A stretch of DNA of 64,000 nt, taken from the NCBI GenBank assembly GCA_009914755.4, contig CP086569.2, positions 18,720,001 through 18,784,000 of the forward strand, given 5' to 3'. Position numbers and translations under genes: made by a program. Below the pieces are notes generated by a model. It was not told where the DNA came from, ran no database searches, and worked only from the letters and a program-made list of their open reading frames with translations. This DNA is from the human T2T-CHM13v2.0 reference genome, Homo sapiens. Every line of letters begins with the position of its first letter. Within the stretch, counting starts at the first letter, position 1. This document shows, piece by piece, positions 1-13,305 of this stretch.

Positions 1-1295
1 ATATTATAATGTGTCATTTAAACACTGCTATAAGCATGTGTCTAAGTAGGAACTTTTAATTTTCTTAAGGTATTTACTATGCAGGATGGATTGCACTCAA
101 TAAAAATCACCGTACTTCAGGTTTCTAGAAATCACCGGTAAGATTACTTAGTTTCTGTAATCTACTTTGGTTTGTTAATTATAGCTGAATAGCATTATAA
201 AGGGAAAATATGTTTTTAATAGGTCTCAGGATTTGATAAAGAAAACCAAAAATGTAGGAGTCTACGTATTTGTAAAGTATAGCAAGGTTTTTCTATGTAG
301 TTTTCCTTATAAAAGAATGGAGCAAATTTTGAGGGAGAAGTGTAAGACATTTCATTTCATTTAAATTACATGTTTTCCCTTGCTCACCACATCTTAGTTT
401 GTAAACAATAGTTCACCTGTTCTGCAGGTCATTATTCCCATATTTTCACTTTTGTAATAACTTTATATAGTCAAATAAGAAAACTTCAGACAGTATCAAG
501 AGTCCTGCAGACACACTAAGAGATACTGTTTGTAAACATATCCGCTGTTGGCAAAATTTCTAAAAAAAAAAAAACATTCAAAAACCTGCCTTTTAGGCCA
601 GGTGTCTTTGTATACTAGGTATGCCTCTCAAATACAATTGATAGAGTATTAAATGTATTAATATGTCATTAATGAATAGAATATGTGTTTGGTAAAGTGT
701 AATATAACTTTTGTTCTTAAATGTTTACGCAGACCTGATTAATTGCCTTAATTTTGGCCTTCATACAAAAGATTTATAAAGTTTGTAACTACTGTGGGTT
801 TCACACCATTTGTTAGACTTGATAATGGGCTTTGTAGCATGAACATAAGCTGGCAACTTGCCTTTTAATGCTTAGTTATCCCTTAGGTCTTTTAAAATAA
901 TCTGTGAATTAGTAATGGTCCTTTTGTGTTGTTACCCCCTTGGGATTTTGTCTGTTACATGCATTTCTATAATCCCCACAGAGACATTTATTCATTCATC
1001 CATTCATTCAGAACTTAATCATTTGAGTATATACTTTTGCCAGCCATTGGGGCTGTGTATTAATTTCCCAAGCTTCATTGTAATAATGTGAAGGAAGAAA
1101 GGAAGGCAGGAAAGAAGGAAGAAAGAAAGAAAATAAAAGAAACTGTGGTAGCAGTTCTCATAGTTCTCACACTGTGACACCACCTTTTAATTTTTATGTA
1201 GTGAGATTGATAAATATTTCTCCTTATTGCTTCCAGGTTTCATGTCATGCATGGGAAGGACTTTTTTCAGATTTACTCTTAAAAGCTATAACCAG

Positions 1296-1482
1296 ACAAA
1301 GAGGCTCATTCCTGTGATTCCAGCACCTTGGGAGGCCCAGGTAGGAGGATCACCTGAGGCCACGAGTTTGAGATCAGCTTGGGCAGGCAGCATAGGAAGA
1401 CCCTGTCTATACAAATAATAATATTAATAATAGTAATAATAATAATAATAAATAAATTAGCTCAGTGTGGTAGATGGTGGTA
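1296..1482 (+). mobile_element. Alu fragment (left-monomer / FLAM- or AluJ-like) with its A-rich tail converted to a (TAA)n microsatellite
   Basis: Reads 'ggctcattcctgtgattccagcaccttgggaggcc...gagatcagcttgggcagg...aaattagctcagtgtggtagatggtgg', the Alu left-arm consensus. The (TAA/TAATAG)n run at 1416-1455 sits at the expected linker/tail position. Confidence 0.7.
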
Positions 1483-1625
1483 AATGCCCGAGCATTTTCA
1501 ACATATAGAAAAGTTGAAACAATTGTAGTCAACATTTACATACCTACCACCTAGATTTCACGATTACATTTGTATTATACATACTTCATCATTTTTGTCT
1601 GTCCATCTATTCATCTATCTTGCTT

Positions 1626-1647
1626 TTTTTTTTTTTTTTTTTTTTTT
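1626..1647. repeat. poly(T) homopolymer, 22 nt
   Basis: Uninterrupted T run read directly from the sequence. Confidence 0.9.
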
Positions 1648-1776
1648 GTATTTCAAAGTAAATTGCAGACACCCATATTTTCCCCTAAGTATACTCTACT
1701 TTTGAGCTAGAAGTCTGGCCTCTTACACACCTGACCATGCTTCTGTGTCCTAATTTGACCTGTTACTTTTTAATAG

Positions 1777-1913
1777 CTGACAACCTTCAGCTTATTGGTG
1801 ATCAACTGGCAGATGCTTATCCTAAGCATATAAAGTTTGAGTCTTTAGAAATAAAGCTAAATGAAGATAAGAGAGAAATAGAAAAGCAACTTCTGGCAGA
1901 AATGTGTCAAAAG
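1777..1913 (+). CDS. Candidate internal coding exon of an unidentified host gene, 137 nt, charged and coiled-coil-like
   Basis: Polypyrimidine tract plus AG acceptor 'tgacctgttactttttaatag|CTGAC' at 1756-1776, and donor 'CAAAAG|gtaatc' at 1913/1914. Exactly one frame (starting at the 3rd nt) is open across the whole exon and encodes [45 protein letters not shown]. No repeat signature in the surrounding sequence. Confidence 0.35.
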
Positions 1914-4282
1914 GTAATCTTTATCTTGTTACAGTTAATAAGGCATGTTTTTGTTGGCCATCTAAAGATTTAATCTTAGATATACTAAAAAATACCTGGA
2001 ATTTTTAATAAAAAATAGGGTACTTCACTGTTTTGCATATCAATTTTTTTCTGATGAGATTTGTTTATTCCTTTTGATTCAGTCCTACAAATACAGCAAA
2101 TGGTATAAAATGATAGATTAAATAAATATAACACATTTGGACAGAACATTAATGTGGAGACTAGCTGTGGAGGGAGAATCTGTTACTGCACTTATATTAT
2201 AATGATTGGAACTTTTATATTTGTAATCAATTCACAATTGAAGTTTTTTATGAAAGTTATAATAGAGTGTGAGAAGGAATTATCTATGTTCTGAAATGAT
2301 TTTGAGAAAGCTTGTCAAGCGGAATCTGAAAACTTTATTCTTTGGAAAAAGAGTACCCTTGAGAGACATCAAAAGCACCAAGAGGTGGTATTTACAAATA
2401 TTTTACTGGGTGGCTATTTCCTACAGCTGTTACTGGATTGACTCAAGGAATGAGATGTTACAATTGATGGAACAAGGTCCCAGAAGAGCAGTAGGGACTG
2501 TGGCCAAGACTGAAAATAAAAGAATGATGGGCCTTGAAAAGGATACAGATTTGCATCCTTTGAGTCTTCTGGAAATGCAAGATTTGCAGAGGTGATCAGC
2601 CAAGTTGGAATTATGAGAAACACACTCTAAAAAACTTCATCTTCTCAGGCAAATTAAGGAGATAGATGAAAGGTTTCAGGAGCAGCTTGGAGGTGCAGAG
2701 TAGCTCATGTGGGTAATGTATGAACAGCTCTTTACAGCAGAGCAGACTGATTACCTGTACTGAAGGCCCAGCTGTGGTGGGGGTAACCCTGGAAGTGAGA
2801 GAGACAAAACCACATGTTTGTAGGCAAGTTTTCTGTTCTACCTCTGGGGAGGAATTTTAAGGGTCTCTCTTGCTGTCCCTTTCAGTGAGGGTGGAAAGAT
2901 GGAGATGCTTGGGAAGTGGAGATTTGCAGAACATAATTCAATGTCCTTGAGAAAGGCAGCCTATCTCATGAAGATTCCCTGGATCTCCTGTGTAGTGATG
3001 GTAAGCAGAGGAGAGGGCAGGTGGCTGGTAACCTAGGGGGAAAGGGAGGGTTGAGTGGTAGTTTCAGTGATAAAGAACTAGATCTGGAGAGACTGGCAAG
3101 TGGAAGAATAAAGATGGTCCAGGAGTGCAGAACTGCAGAATGAGGTTTCAGGTAGAGAGTGGAAGTCAAAGGTACTGTGCTGCCATTGGATGGAGCCATG
3201 GAAATGAGCAAGAGTAAAGATCCCTGGAGTGAAGGAGTCACCAGGGCCCCAAGGGTCATCCATGTGGCCATTTGATCTCATCACCAGGAAAGTAACTTGA
3301 AAGGAGATGAAGGGGATGAGGAGTGGCAGGGAGTTTGTGTTGGCAAGTTGGGTTGGATCTACTCCTTTAAGAAATTGTATTCCTTTTCCATGTGAATGTC
3401 TTAGACCACACAGGATTCACAGCAGTATTTCAAACATACATCTAAAACTGCTGCTGCCAGATGTTAAAAGTAGGAAGTCTTCCCCCTAGTGCCCACTCTT
3501 GCTTGGAGCTTCTCAATGAGACATAGTTGTTTAATGCTAAGGGCACTCACTCTAAAATTTTCCATAGCATTTCTGGAAATTCAGCTTGCTTCAGTTATAA
3601 AATTGAATGTTGGATGCACAGATCTTAGAGATGATTAGATTGTGTTTAGACTAATAACTTCATCTTCAAGATAGGTGACTGACTAAGTTTCTGTTTATTC
3701 AACCGTGAATATCTGAAGCCTTTGAGGAAGATTGTCATTCTCATAAAAACCACCATGCCTGTATTTCCCCACCTGCAATATCAATCCTGTCTCTCTCTGA
3801 TAAAACCATAGTGTCATTCAAGGCCCAGCTTTGGTGTCACCCCTGAGATGCCTTCCCTGACTCCCACTGAGCAACTCATTTAGGTCTTATTCCTGTCTGC
3901 AGTCTTTATTTACCTCAGTTATAAAATTATCCTATCTTAGCGTGATTGTTTCTCCCTGACTATACTGTGAGGTCTTCAGAGATGAGGACTACATCGGTCT
4001 ACATTTTTATATCAAGTTCCTAGTATGCTGCTTGATATATGATAGAGAGTAAATTCTTACTCTGTGAAGACATAAGTGTAATGTTGGCTCATTCATTTAT
4101 AAGTTCATGTGAGCTTACTAACTCTGAATCACAATGACTCATGAACATTTAGATGACTCAGAAACATTCAGGCAGCACCACCACTAAAATCCATGGGGAT
4201 TTTATTCCTTTGGAGTTTTATTTCTGAATGTACATTTTGTTTATTTATTTTCCTGAAGAACTTCCCAAATTTTAGTTAAGGG

Positions 4283-4566
4283 GGCTAGGTCTGGTGGCTC
4301 GTGCTTATAGTTTTAGCACTTTGAGAGGCTGAGATGGGGATCTCATTTGAGCTCAGAGGTTCAACACCAGTCTGGGCAGCATGGCACCACCTCATCTCTA
4401 AAAAAAAATTAGGGGAACTCGGTGATGTGTGTTTGTAGTCTCAGCTACTCAGAAGACTGAGGTAGGATGATGCCTTGAGTCTGGGAGGCAGAGGTTGCAT
4501 TTACCCAAAATCACAACACTGCACTCAAGCCTGAGCAACAGAGCAGAACCGAGTCTCAAAACAAAG
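4283..4566 (+). mobile_element. Alu (older, AluJ/S-like), full length
   Basis: Starts 'ggctaggtctggtggctcgtgcttatagttttagcactttgagaggctgag' and ends with the right arm 'gcactcaagcctgagcaacagagc'. Dimeric structure with an internal A-rich linker. Confidence 0.9.
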
Positions 4567-4728
4567 ATTACCTAAAATTACCTAAGGGACTGAGATATGT
4601 TAATTAAGTAGCATAGATTACACGGGGATGTTAACAATATATGGAAATGTACTTTAACAGAAATTGGGAGAGTAAATGTAAATACATGTGCCGCTGGAAT
4701 AGCTAGTTGAGGAAGACATTGAATTGGA

Positions 4729-5026
4729 TTTTTTTTTTTTTGAGATGCAGTTTTAATCTTTTGCCCAGGCTGGAGTGCAATGGTACTACCTCAACTCACT
4801 GAAACCTCTGCCTCCCAGGTTCAAGTGATTCTCCTACCTCAGCTTTCCAGTTAGCTGGGATTAAAGGTGCCGACCACCTTACCCAGTTAATTTTTGTAAT
4901 TTTTGTAGAGATTGTGGTTTCACCATATTGGGAAAGGCTGGTCTCAAGCTTTTGACCTCAGGTGATCAGCCTGTTTTGGCCTCACAAAGGGCTAGGATTA
5001 CAGCAGTGAATCACCATGCCCAGCTG
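4729..5026 (-). mobile_element. Alu, minus strand, full length
   Basis: Leading poly(T) followed by 'gagatgcag...cccaggctggagtgcaatgg' and ending 'gggattacagcagtgaatcaccatgcccagctg', the reverse complement of the Alu consensus. Confidence 0.9.
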
Positions 5027-5145
5027 AGTAGGAATCACTTGAAGGGGAAATTGTATTCTTAATTTCTGTACTTTGTTTTTTGGAATTTAGTTAGAAGTAT
5101 ATTTATTTCAATTTGTTCTGCTTCCATTAACTTTCTTGCTAAAAC

Positions 5146-5452
5146 TTTTTTTTTTTTTTTTTTTTTTGAGAAATAGTCTTGCTCTGTCACCCAGGCTGGA
5201 GTACAGTGGTGTGATGTCGGCTCATTGCAAATTCTGCCTGTCAATTTCAAGCAATTTCCTGCCTCAACCTCCTGAGTAGCTGGAATTACAGGTGCCTGCC
5301 ACCATGCCCAGGTAACTTTTGTATTTTCAGTAGAGATGGGGTTTTGCCACCTTGGCCGGTGTGATCTTCATCTCCTGACCTCGTGACCTATCTGCCTCTG
5401 CCTCAGTCTCCCAAAATGCTGGGATTACAAGCATGAGCCACAACAATCGGCC
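5146..5452 (-). mobile_element. Alu (AluS-like), minus strand
   Basis: Poly(T) then 'gagaaatagtcttgctctgtcacccaggctggagtacagtggtg' and ending 'gctgggattacaagcatgagccacaacaatcggcc'. Confidence 0.9.
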
Positions 5453-8400
5453 AAAATTAATGCTTTTTTACAGATTGAAACAAGAAAATCTATGCTCAAA
5501 GCCTTGTTTTACTAAAAGATATAGATTTGTTAAGAGGAAAAAAGGCAAAGCTAAAGCAGAGAGTTGAAGCTTTTGAATTATGCATATGCATGTTTATCTT
5601 GAATCTTCGGAATGATGAGATTAAAAAGAATTACTAAATATATGTCTAAATATTGTAATGTTTACTGACAAGTAGAATTATTTTTTATAAAGGTGATCTC
5701 ACCCAGCATTAGAAGTTACACATTAACAGAAACAAATATTAGGTCTGTGCTTTTGAAATATTAAACGTTAACATGAAATGCTATCACTAGGCTACAGTAA
5801 CACCAAATAGAAAATTTGGAGAAGCTGTATGACACTTGAACAGATCATACATTTTAAAGTTAACTTCAGACCTTCAGGTCTGATATTTTTGTGTGTTTAT
5901 GTATTGTAGCCGAATTCCAAATATCCAGGCCTGAAGCTTTTACCTGCTCTGTGCTCAAAAAAGGAAGTATTGTGGTTTGACTTGTACTGGATGAAACTAT
6001 TTCTCAATGCTATTCACTTTTTCTGTGTGCTCAGAAATGTTTCATCCTTCATATATTACCTGGGATTGACAGAAAGCTCACCTGTGTATAGTTTGCACAA
6101 GAAGTTTTCCTTTCCATTGGGAATATTCTGTTAATTGACACCCATAGATATTTTAGGCTTTTAGCTCATTAAAGAATTTGTCCCCATCTTATTTAACGTT
6201 GTTTTCTCACTTCTATAGGTTTGATTTTTTATTTCAGCCCACTGTGTATCTTACTCTCTTTTTGGCAGTAATGAAAAGGTAGATTAAACGAGAGAGAGAG
6301 AGAGAGACGAAAAAAAGAGAAACATTTGGGCAAGGAGTGTGTGTCACTTTTTTTAACCTCCATTTTCTCTACTCCTTTTCCCTTCTCTCAGCGTATATAC
6401 ACAATCAATGTAGTTTACCTCTCCATGGCGTTCCAGATTACCAGAAGAGGGAGCTAATACCTGGAGCTTTTAACTGCTCTTAGACTAGTTAGTGTTTTGC
6501 AGTGCTTCTCAGGATGGCTGGATCTCATCTCCTGTGAATCCACCTCCCTGGCTGGGGAGTTGGTGTAATGGGTGATTTGAAGTCTCACTATGAAGATCAT
6601 TCTATTCTTAAGTATGTGGAAGCCCTGAATGACCCATCTATCTGTTGCCCTCTCTTTTGGTACTTGATCAATATTCAATCAATCGGTTTTTTTTTTTGTT
6701 TGTTTCATAGGGATTTTTTGTTGGTGTTTTTTGGTTTTAAGAGACAGGGTCTTGCTATGTTGTCCAGGCTGGTCATGGAGCAGTTTTAGTCTGTTGAACT
6801 AAAAAGGTGTCACGTGATGTTTTTCCTAAATTTGTTAACTCAGCTATTATAGTTTATTTACTTTATGTTTTTTGCTAATTTCAGAACCCAGGAACTCCAG
6901 GAAGAAAAACATAAAAGCATGACTGAGGACTTAGGAGATGGGAGCAGAATACAAAGTGTCTTGAGGAAACCTATGACTGAAACCTAAAAAACGTACTTCT
7001 AAAGTAATTGTTTGGCACATTTGAAGAAGTAATATGTTTAAATTACATTTGTAGAAATATAACAAAAGCCGAGGAAGTAGTCTATGATTAATCTTTTATG
7101 CAAACTTTAGTGTTAAAAATACATATGTTTATCAACAGCCAATATATTCTTGCATTTGAGTTAGGGTAGCTTTTAAAAGATAAGGTGTAGAAAAGCACAT
7201 CCTCTGTTCTTCTTACTCATGGCTTCTTGAATATTTATCAAGGACTGAGATTTGCTTTAAATTTCAGGGCACGTTGCGACTTGCTCAGGTTGCATAATTA
7301 ATAAGATGTAGTTTGAATTATAATAACTTTTAGTTTCCTTTTTCTCTACCACACTCATACTGCCACAAAGATGGGGATATCTAACAATGTATAAAGTATA
7401 CTTAGTGGTCAGATTGTTTGTCAGTGAACGTGTGTCTTGTATTCCTTCATGATTCTGCAAAGTCATGATCACAAGAAAGGAGCTAAAATTAACTATGTGG
7501 GGCAAAAATTGATATAGGGAAAGCAAAATATGGACAACTGTCGTTAATTTGGCTTTGCTTTACTCTCACCTTGTGTATAAGTGAGTAATACGTCAGTTGT
7601 AAGACTTTATGCCCATGTGGTAACTTTTCAGTGGGTTCGAAAGCATCTGACACATACAAAATCCTCAGTTAATATTTGCTGTTAATGTGTCCGGAAGAGA
7701 TGACTCAACTCACGTGCTCTGGGCATTTATTTATGTGGCCTGTTTTTAATTGCCTTCCTCATAATTTATCATCAATATTCCATTACACAGAACTTGCAAA
7801 GGTTTCTTGAGGTTATTCTATAAACAAATTCTATTTTTAAAATATAGAACAGTTATTTATAGATTCTGAATTCCCAATATATTCTCAATATATTTTCATA
7901 AATCTGTAGTCGTCGAGAAGTTGGCAGAAGCTTATTGCCTCTGGTACATATTACTTCTAACCACGAGAAACTTTACTTTTCGTGATGAAAATGAAGTATT
8001 TTATCCAATTTTTTGGTCAGTTTCTATATTAAAATAGCTGACATGAAGTTTCTGTAATTTTTTTAATAATACATTTATTAGTAGTTTTTAGTAATTTTTA
8101 GTTTTACAGTTAGTAATTTTTAGTAATACATTTATTAAAGTATGTTAATTTTATATAGTTATGGAGCTAGTGAACTGTTTGGTACCATTGTGACAGCTTC
8201 CATGGCCTGCATGGTGTATTTCTGGCTTTGGGAGTTCTCATATGACTTTGGCAAGCTTGGAGTTTGAGGACTGTTCACAACAGGAATGTTTCTTCATCCT
8301 TTTGGAATCAAAAGTCAACTTGTAAAAGCTGAGAAACAAAAGTAAAAATGTGAAAATGTGCCTTTGGATATTGCTAATTCAGATATAATGCTTTTAGCAC

Positions 8401-10269
8401 CTGGTTCCCTGGACTGGGCTTTGTCCCTGGGCCCAAAATCCTTACATTTGTTTGGGCTGTGCAGATAGTACAGGTGGGTTGAAAGTGACTGTCTAATTAT
8501 CATTTGGGATTGAGTCTGTTGTGTGCTGTGTAAATTTAACTGTCTTCCCTGTTCTTTGGGCCAGTTGAGACCAACTGGAAAGGAATGCTTTCAGTAACCT
8601 TATGAAAACACAACCCTGCATTTTGTATGATTGTGCTTTATAACACCAAGGCAGGGTTTTGTTGGACATTTTATGTTTGAAAGTCATATCCCTGGCTTTA
8701 GCACTGAGGGACTTTGAAGTCCCACAATGTCATATTCAGCGCCCTCAGCTGTATCTGTACCATAGATAAGGTCCTGCATTGATAAGCATCTTTCTGGAAA
8801 GACAACTGTGAAACTTATATTTACTCGTTCTGATACTCAGATATCAACTTCAACTAACGGATGACTACATCATTAGAACTAGTCGAGTGATTGAAGAGGA
8901 AAGGAAGAATAAAGGTATTGTTTGGGTGGGGCAAGAAGCCGTAGTTTTCAGTTTTGATACAAGGTATTAGCTTCCCTAGTTGAGTCTGTTTTATATTAAA
9001 AAATAGCTTATGCTATTTTTCTTGTCTATAGTACACTTTTGGTGTAATATTAATTATCTAAAATTTAAAAAAAGAATTGTCTTCCCTCCTTTTGAGAAAC
9101 CATTATTTTTAATATTTTATATAAACAGAAAGCCCAGAGATTTTTTTCTGGATATTTTATTAAACTTTATTTCAACATATTTTGATAAATCTGCAATTAT
9201 CAAGAAGCTGGCAGCAACTTATTGCCTCTGGTGCCTATTACTTTTAGCCATGAGATACGTTCTTTTTCACTTATGGAAAAATTTTAACTTCTCTGTTTCC
9301 TGTGACATAGCTTCTTATTTTGTTGCCTTCTCATATTTTTTTTTATTTATAATATTTTTACTTTACATATAACCTCCTGAATTCTTGTGTATATTGCCCT
9401 TGAGACTGGAAGATGAGTAATGTCTCAATCTTCAGATATTTTATATTTCAATATATTTTTAGGAAATTGCCTGTAATGAGAAGTGAAGTTTTGGTGGAAT
9501 ATTCAAATAGATTCTTGGGAGTATACCAAAGTAGTTATTTGATGTTGTCCAGACACCCAGTGTGTGGCTTCCCCTTTTACTACTATCTTGTGGAGACTAA
9601 CACTTCTTTTATAAATTAGTACCATCATCTATGTAACAAATTTTGCCTTGATATTATATCTACATAGATTCAAGTTAGATAAAATGAAAATGACAAAGTA
9701 ATACCTACAATACAATAACAATATTGTCTTTTACAATATAGTAACAGACAGATCTTCTTCTTCAAGGAACTTAAAACCTCTCTGGTTAGCAGGTGTAGAT
9801 GGTGGAATTTCACCACATAGATGACAGTTATAGCTTCACGTCACCTGTTAACTAACAGGGCTTATTTCTTACTTGCCTGTGAAAATTTTATTCCCTACAC
9901 AGGCTATTTCATATTATAAAATAATGGTCATTAGGTCTGACAGACTGGCCATAAATATTAAATAGCTTTTGTATTCACAAGGAAAACATTATGATGTTTA
10001 AAGGGCTATTTATTTCAGGAAAAGCTGTTTACTTGCAAGAGGAGCTCACAGTTAGTAATCCAAAAAAGGAGGAACTCAATCAATCTGTAAGTTTTATGTA
10101 AGAACTCCAAGAATTTTTTAGCATATTTTTTGAAATACATTTTAATGAATATATAAAATTTTAGTCATGTATAATTTATCCAAAGTCTTTCTCTCGAGAT
10201 GTTTAAACTGCCATTTCTACGGCAAAGAGGGGGATGACTAAAGTTAACTCAACAGTTCTTAATTTCAAC

Positions 10270-10500
10270 CAACATCATATATGAAAGTGTAGACAGTGCT
10301 TTGGGTCTTAGAGTCCTCCTTGAATCCTATCTGTGGCCCAATTTCTTGTGTGCCTCTGGGCAGGTCCTTTGATTGCAGATTCCTCAGCTGTAAACTCTAG
10401 GATGTTTTCCACATTATAGGGTTGTTGAGGGAATTCAGTGAGTTAACGTATGAGCCTAGTTCATAGCAGGTGGCCAATATTATTATTGTTCTGTTTCTAC
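10270..10500 (+). mobile_element. MIR (mammalian-wide interspersed repeat) core
   Basis: Reads 'tgtgcctctgggcaggtcctttgattgcagattcctcagctgtaaa...atagggttgttgagggaattcagtgagttaa...catagcaggtggcc', which matches the MIR core consensus from memory. Confidence 0.6.
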
Positions 10501-10775
10501 ATTAACCTGTTCTTTCCTTTCATCAGCAGCAGCTAGAATTTTTGACATTATAGTGTTATCTCACATATTAAAACTAAATGCAGTGCATTTACCACCTGCC
10601 ATTGCTTGTTTAATTTTCTGTTTATTTTTATGCTTGCTGTCTGAAGATGAAGCTGGAATTTTAGGCACTTAAAACATTTTTGCAAGTTGAACTTTTGTGA
10701 GAACTTTGTATGCCTTCTTATTCAAATATGGCATACAGTATACTAAGAAAAGAAAAGCTCTACGCAAAATGTTAC

Positions 10776-11396
10776 TTTTTTTTTTTTTGAGACTGAGCCT
10801 CATTATGTCATTCAGTGTGGAGTGCACTAGTGTTATATCGGCTCACTACAATCATCACCTCCCAGGGTAAAGCAATTCTTGTGTCTCCACCTCCCGAGAA
10901 GCTCGGATTATAGCCATACCCCACCACACCAAGAAAATTATGTGTTTTTGTTTTGTTTTTGTTTTTTACTTTTTTACTTTTTAATTTTTTAAGATGGAGT
11001 CTCATTCTGTTGTCCAGGCTTGAGTGTAATGATGCAAACTGGGCTCACTGCTACCACTGCCTTTGTTTTCAAGTGATTTTTCCTGTTTCAACCTCCTGGG
11101 TAGCGGGGATTACAGACACCTGCTACCATGCCTGGCTAATATTTATAGTTTTAGTAGAGATTGGGTTTCACCATGTTGGCTGGAGTTGGCAAATTTTTTA
11201 CCTCAAGTGATCTGCCCATGATGGTCTCCCAGTGTGCTGGGATTACAGGCTTGAGCCAGTGTCTGGCTGTACTTTTAGTAGAGACCGGGATTTTCCTTGT
11301 TGCCCAAGGTAGTCTGGAAATTCTGAGCTCAAGCTATCCTCTCATGTTGGCCTCCCAAAGTGCTGGAGTTACAGGCGGGAGCCACCATGCCTGGCC
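10776..11396 (-). mobile_element. Cluster of three adjacent Alu copies on the minus strand (one partial, one near full length, one partial)
   Basis: Three successive poly(T)/'gagactgag/gagatggagtctc' starts with 'cctcccaaagtgctgg.gttacaggc' ends at roughly 10776-10933, 10960-11268 and 11269-11396. Confidence 0.85.
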
Positions 11397-11894
11397 ATTT
11401 TTACCTTATCTTTTCATATTTAAAACAAACCTATATTGGTATGATGAGTGACTGTTTTAAGTTCTTCAATGCCTATGCAAAATGGGGTTATAATCTTACT
11501 TAGAAGGACTTGCTTCATGGGATGTTGTCCATAAAACTTCCTCTGCCCCAACTGCAGGGCAGAAGACAATTTTTGTTACTGTAGTTTGCATCTTATTGCA
11601 GAGATTCAGACATCGGTTCAGTGACCTCAGTTAAATTGTGACGCTATGCTAAAAGGAGCCTGCCAGCTTTTACTTTTGCAGCACTGTAAAGTCATCATTC
11701 AAATGCAAATTTTCCTTGTTAACTTTCAGATTGAGTTAATGTCTGTCAAAGCACAGTCTTTGGCAATAACAAAACAAATATATTGTGAATGAAAGTGTTC
11801 AAGAGATAAGTGACTATTTACTACTAAAGGAAGAAAAACTGGAAGAGAATAAAAATAAAAACATGCATCTCTTAAACCATATGTCCACCTCCTA

Positions 11895-12120
11895 TGTTCA
11901 AGAAATTCTCCTGCCTCTGCCTCTCAAGTAGGTAAGACTACAGGAATTTACCGCCCCCCCCCCCACCCGCTCCACACACACACAGCTAATTTTTATATGC
12001 TTAATAGAGACAGGGTTTCACCGTGTTGGCCAGGCTGGTCTCAATCTTTTGACCAAAATGTTCCACTAGTCTGGGCCTCACAAATAGCCAGGATTACAGA
12101 CATGAGCCACTGTGCATGGC
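11895..12120 (-). mobile_element. Alu partial copy with a poly(C)/(CA)n run
   Basis: Reads 'cctgcctctgcctctcaagtag...gctaatttttatatgcttaatagagacagggtttcaccgtgttggccaggctggtctc...ccaggattacagacatgagccactgtgcatggc'. Confidence 0.75.
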
Positions 12121-12859
12121 TTGCATGTATTAGTGATTCATACTAAGTCAGTATAAAACTATGTTTTATACTTGTAAAGGAGGCTTAAATTGGAAAGATT
12201 TATAAAATTATGATTTCTGGATTAAACTCTGCTAACCTGCCTCTAGGTGGTGTCAAGGCATTTTTTTTACTCTCTGCCTGCTGATTGGGTTTGGCTAGTG
12301 GGGACACCAGCCTCCACATACAGTGGCCCTAGACTGGCTGCTTCATATCAAGTCCCAGAGAGGTCATAGTGCCTGTGATGACATCTTTCAAGTGCTCTGA
12401 ACCATCTCTGTCTCTCCAGTGCTGAGAATTTATCTCTCCCCTAATTCTCCATTACCAAGGAGTACAAAGACTATGGTCCTGTTACTATCCCAGGGAACTC
12501 CACTATCTTTTGTAGATACCCTGAATAAGTCCCTCTTTATTAAAAAGTTCTTAGATGACTTTGACTGTGGGGACCATCTGCCTTCTGTCTGGATCCCAGC
12601 TGCTTCTTACAGATGCACAGATTATATTGGATCTCGAGTCTGTCACCAAAAGGTAGACCAGATAGCACCTTGTGTGTATGGTAGAGGACAGAAACAGGCT
12701 TTCAGGTTAACATGAGAGTTTGAAAGAGTTCTTTTTCTTTCTGTGCCATCATGCATTCCACAAGCAATGAATGAATTGTTGTTTTTCCTGCAGCAAATCA
12801 GTTGTCATGTTTTAAAAATGGTTTAGCCATTCCAACAAATATAGATGGGCCATGCTAAC

Positions 12860-13290
12860 TCGTTGTAATTTTCAGTCACTTAAAGATATATGAGTTTGAG
12901 CATCTTTTTGTTTGCTTGCCATCTTTGTATTTTCATTGGTGAGCTCAGCTTTTTACACATTGTCAATTGGGTAGTCTGTTTTATTGTTGAGTTTCAAGAT
13001 TTGCGTATTTTCAGTGCAAGTTTTTACCCCGATCTGTATTTTGCAGATATTTATTTTCAGTCTGTTGCTTATCTTTCTATTTCCTGAACAAGATTTTACT
13101 CAGAGTATAAGCTTTTAATATGAGAAACCTTAAATTATTAATTTTTTTTTTACCGTTGCTGATCGGCTTTGTTGTCATTTGTTAAAACTTGTGGCCAAAT
13201 CCAAGATCACATACATTTATGTCTGTGCTTTCTTCTAGAATTTGCATAGTTTTACATTTCCAGTTAATGGCTCCTTCACCATTAAAAAAA
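12860..13290 (-). mobile_element. Old L1 (L1M/L1PB-like) ORF2 3' fragment, antisense
   Basis: Reads 'gagtttgagcatctttttgtttgcttgccatctttgtattttc...ttgttgagtttcaagatttgcgtattttc...', the reverse complement of the conserved L1 ORF2 C-terminal region. Confidence 0.65.
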
Positions 13291-13305
13291 AAAAAAAAAA
13301 AATGA

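Noticed and set aside
2269-2595. 108-aa plus-strand ORF in unique sequence
   Set aside because: It is GTG-initiated, has no splice-site or Kozak support and no recognisable domains. A 327-nt open frame in 64 kb of AT-rich DNA is expected by chance. It is not adjacent to the candidate exon at 1777-1913 in a compatible way.
6690-6790. Possible partial Alu or FRAM ('gagacagggtcttgctatgttgtccaggctggtc')
   Set aside because: It has only about 35 nt of Alu right-arm-like sequence with a T-rich 5' side. That is too short and diverged to call confidently.
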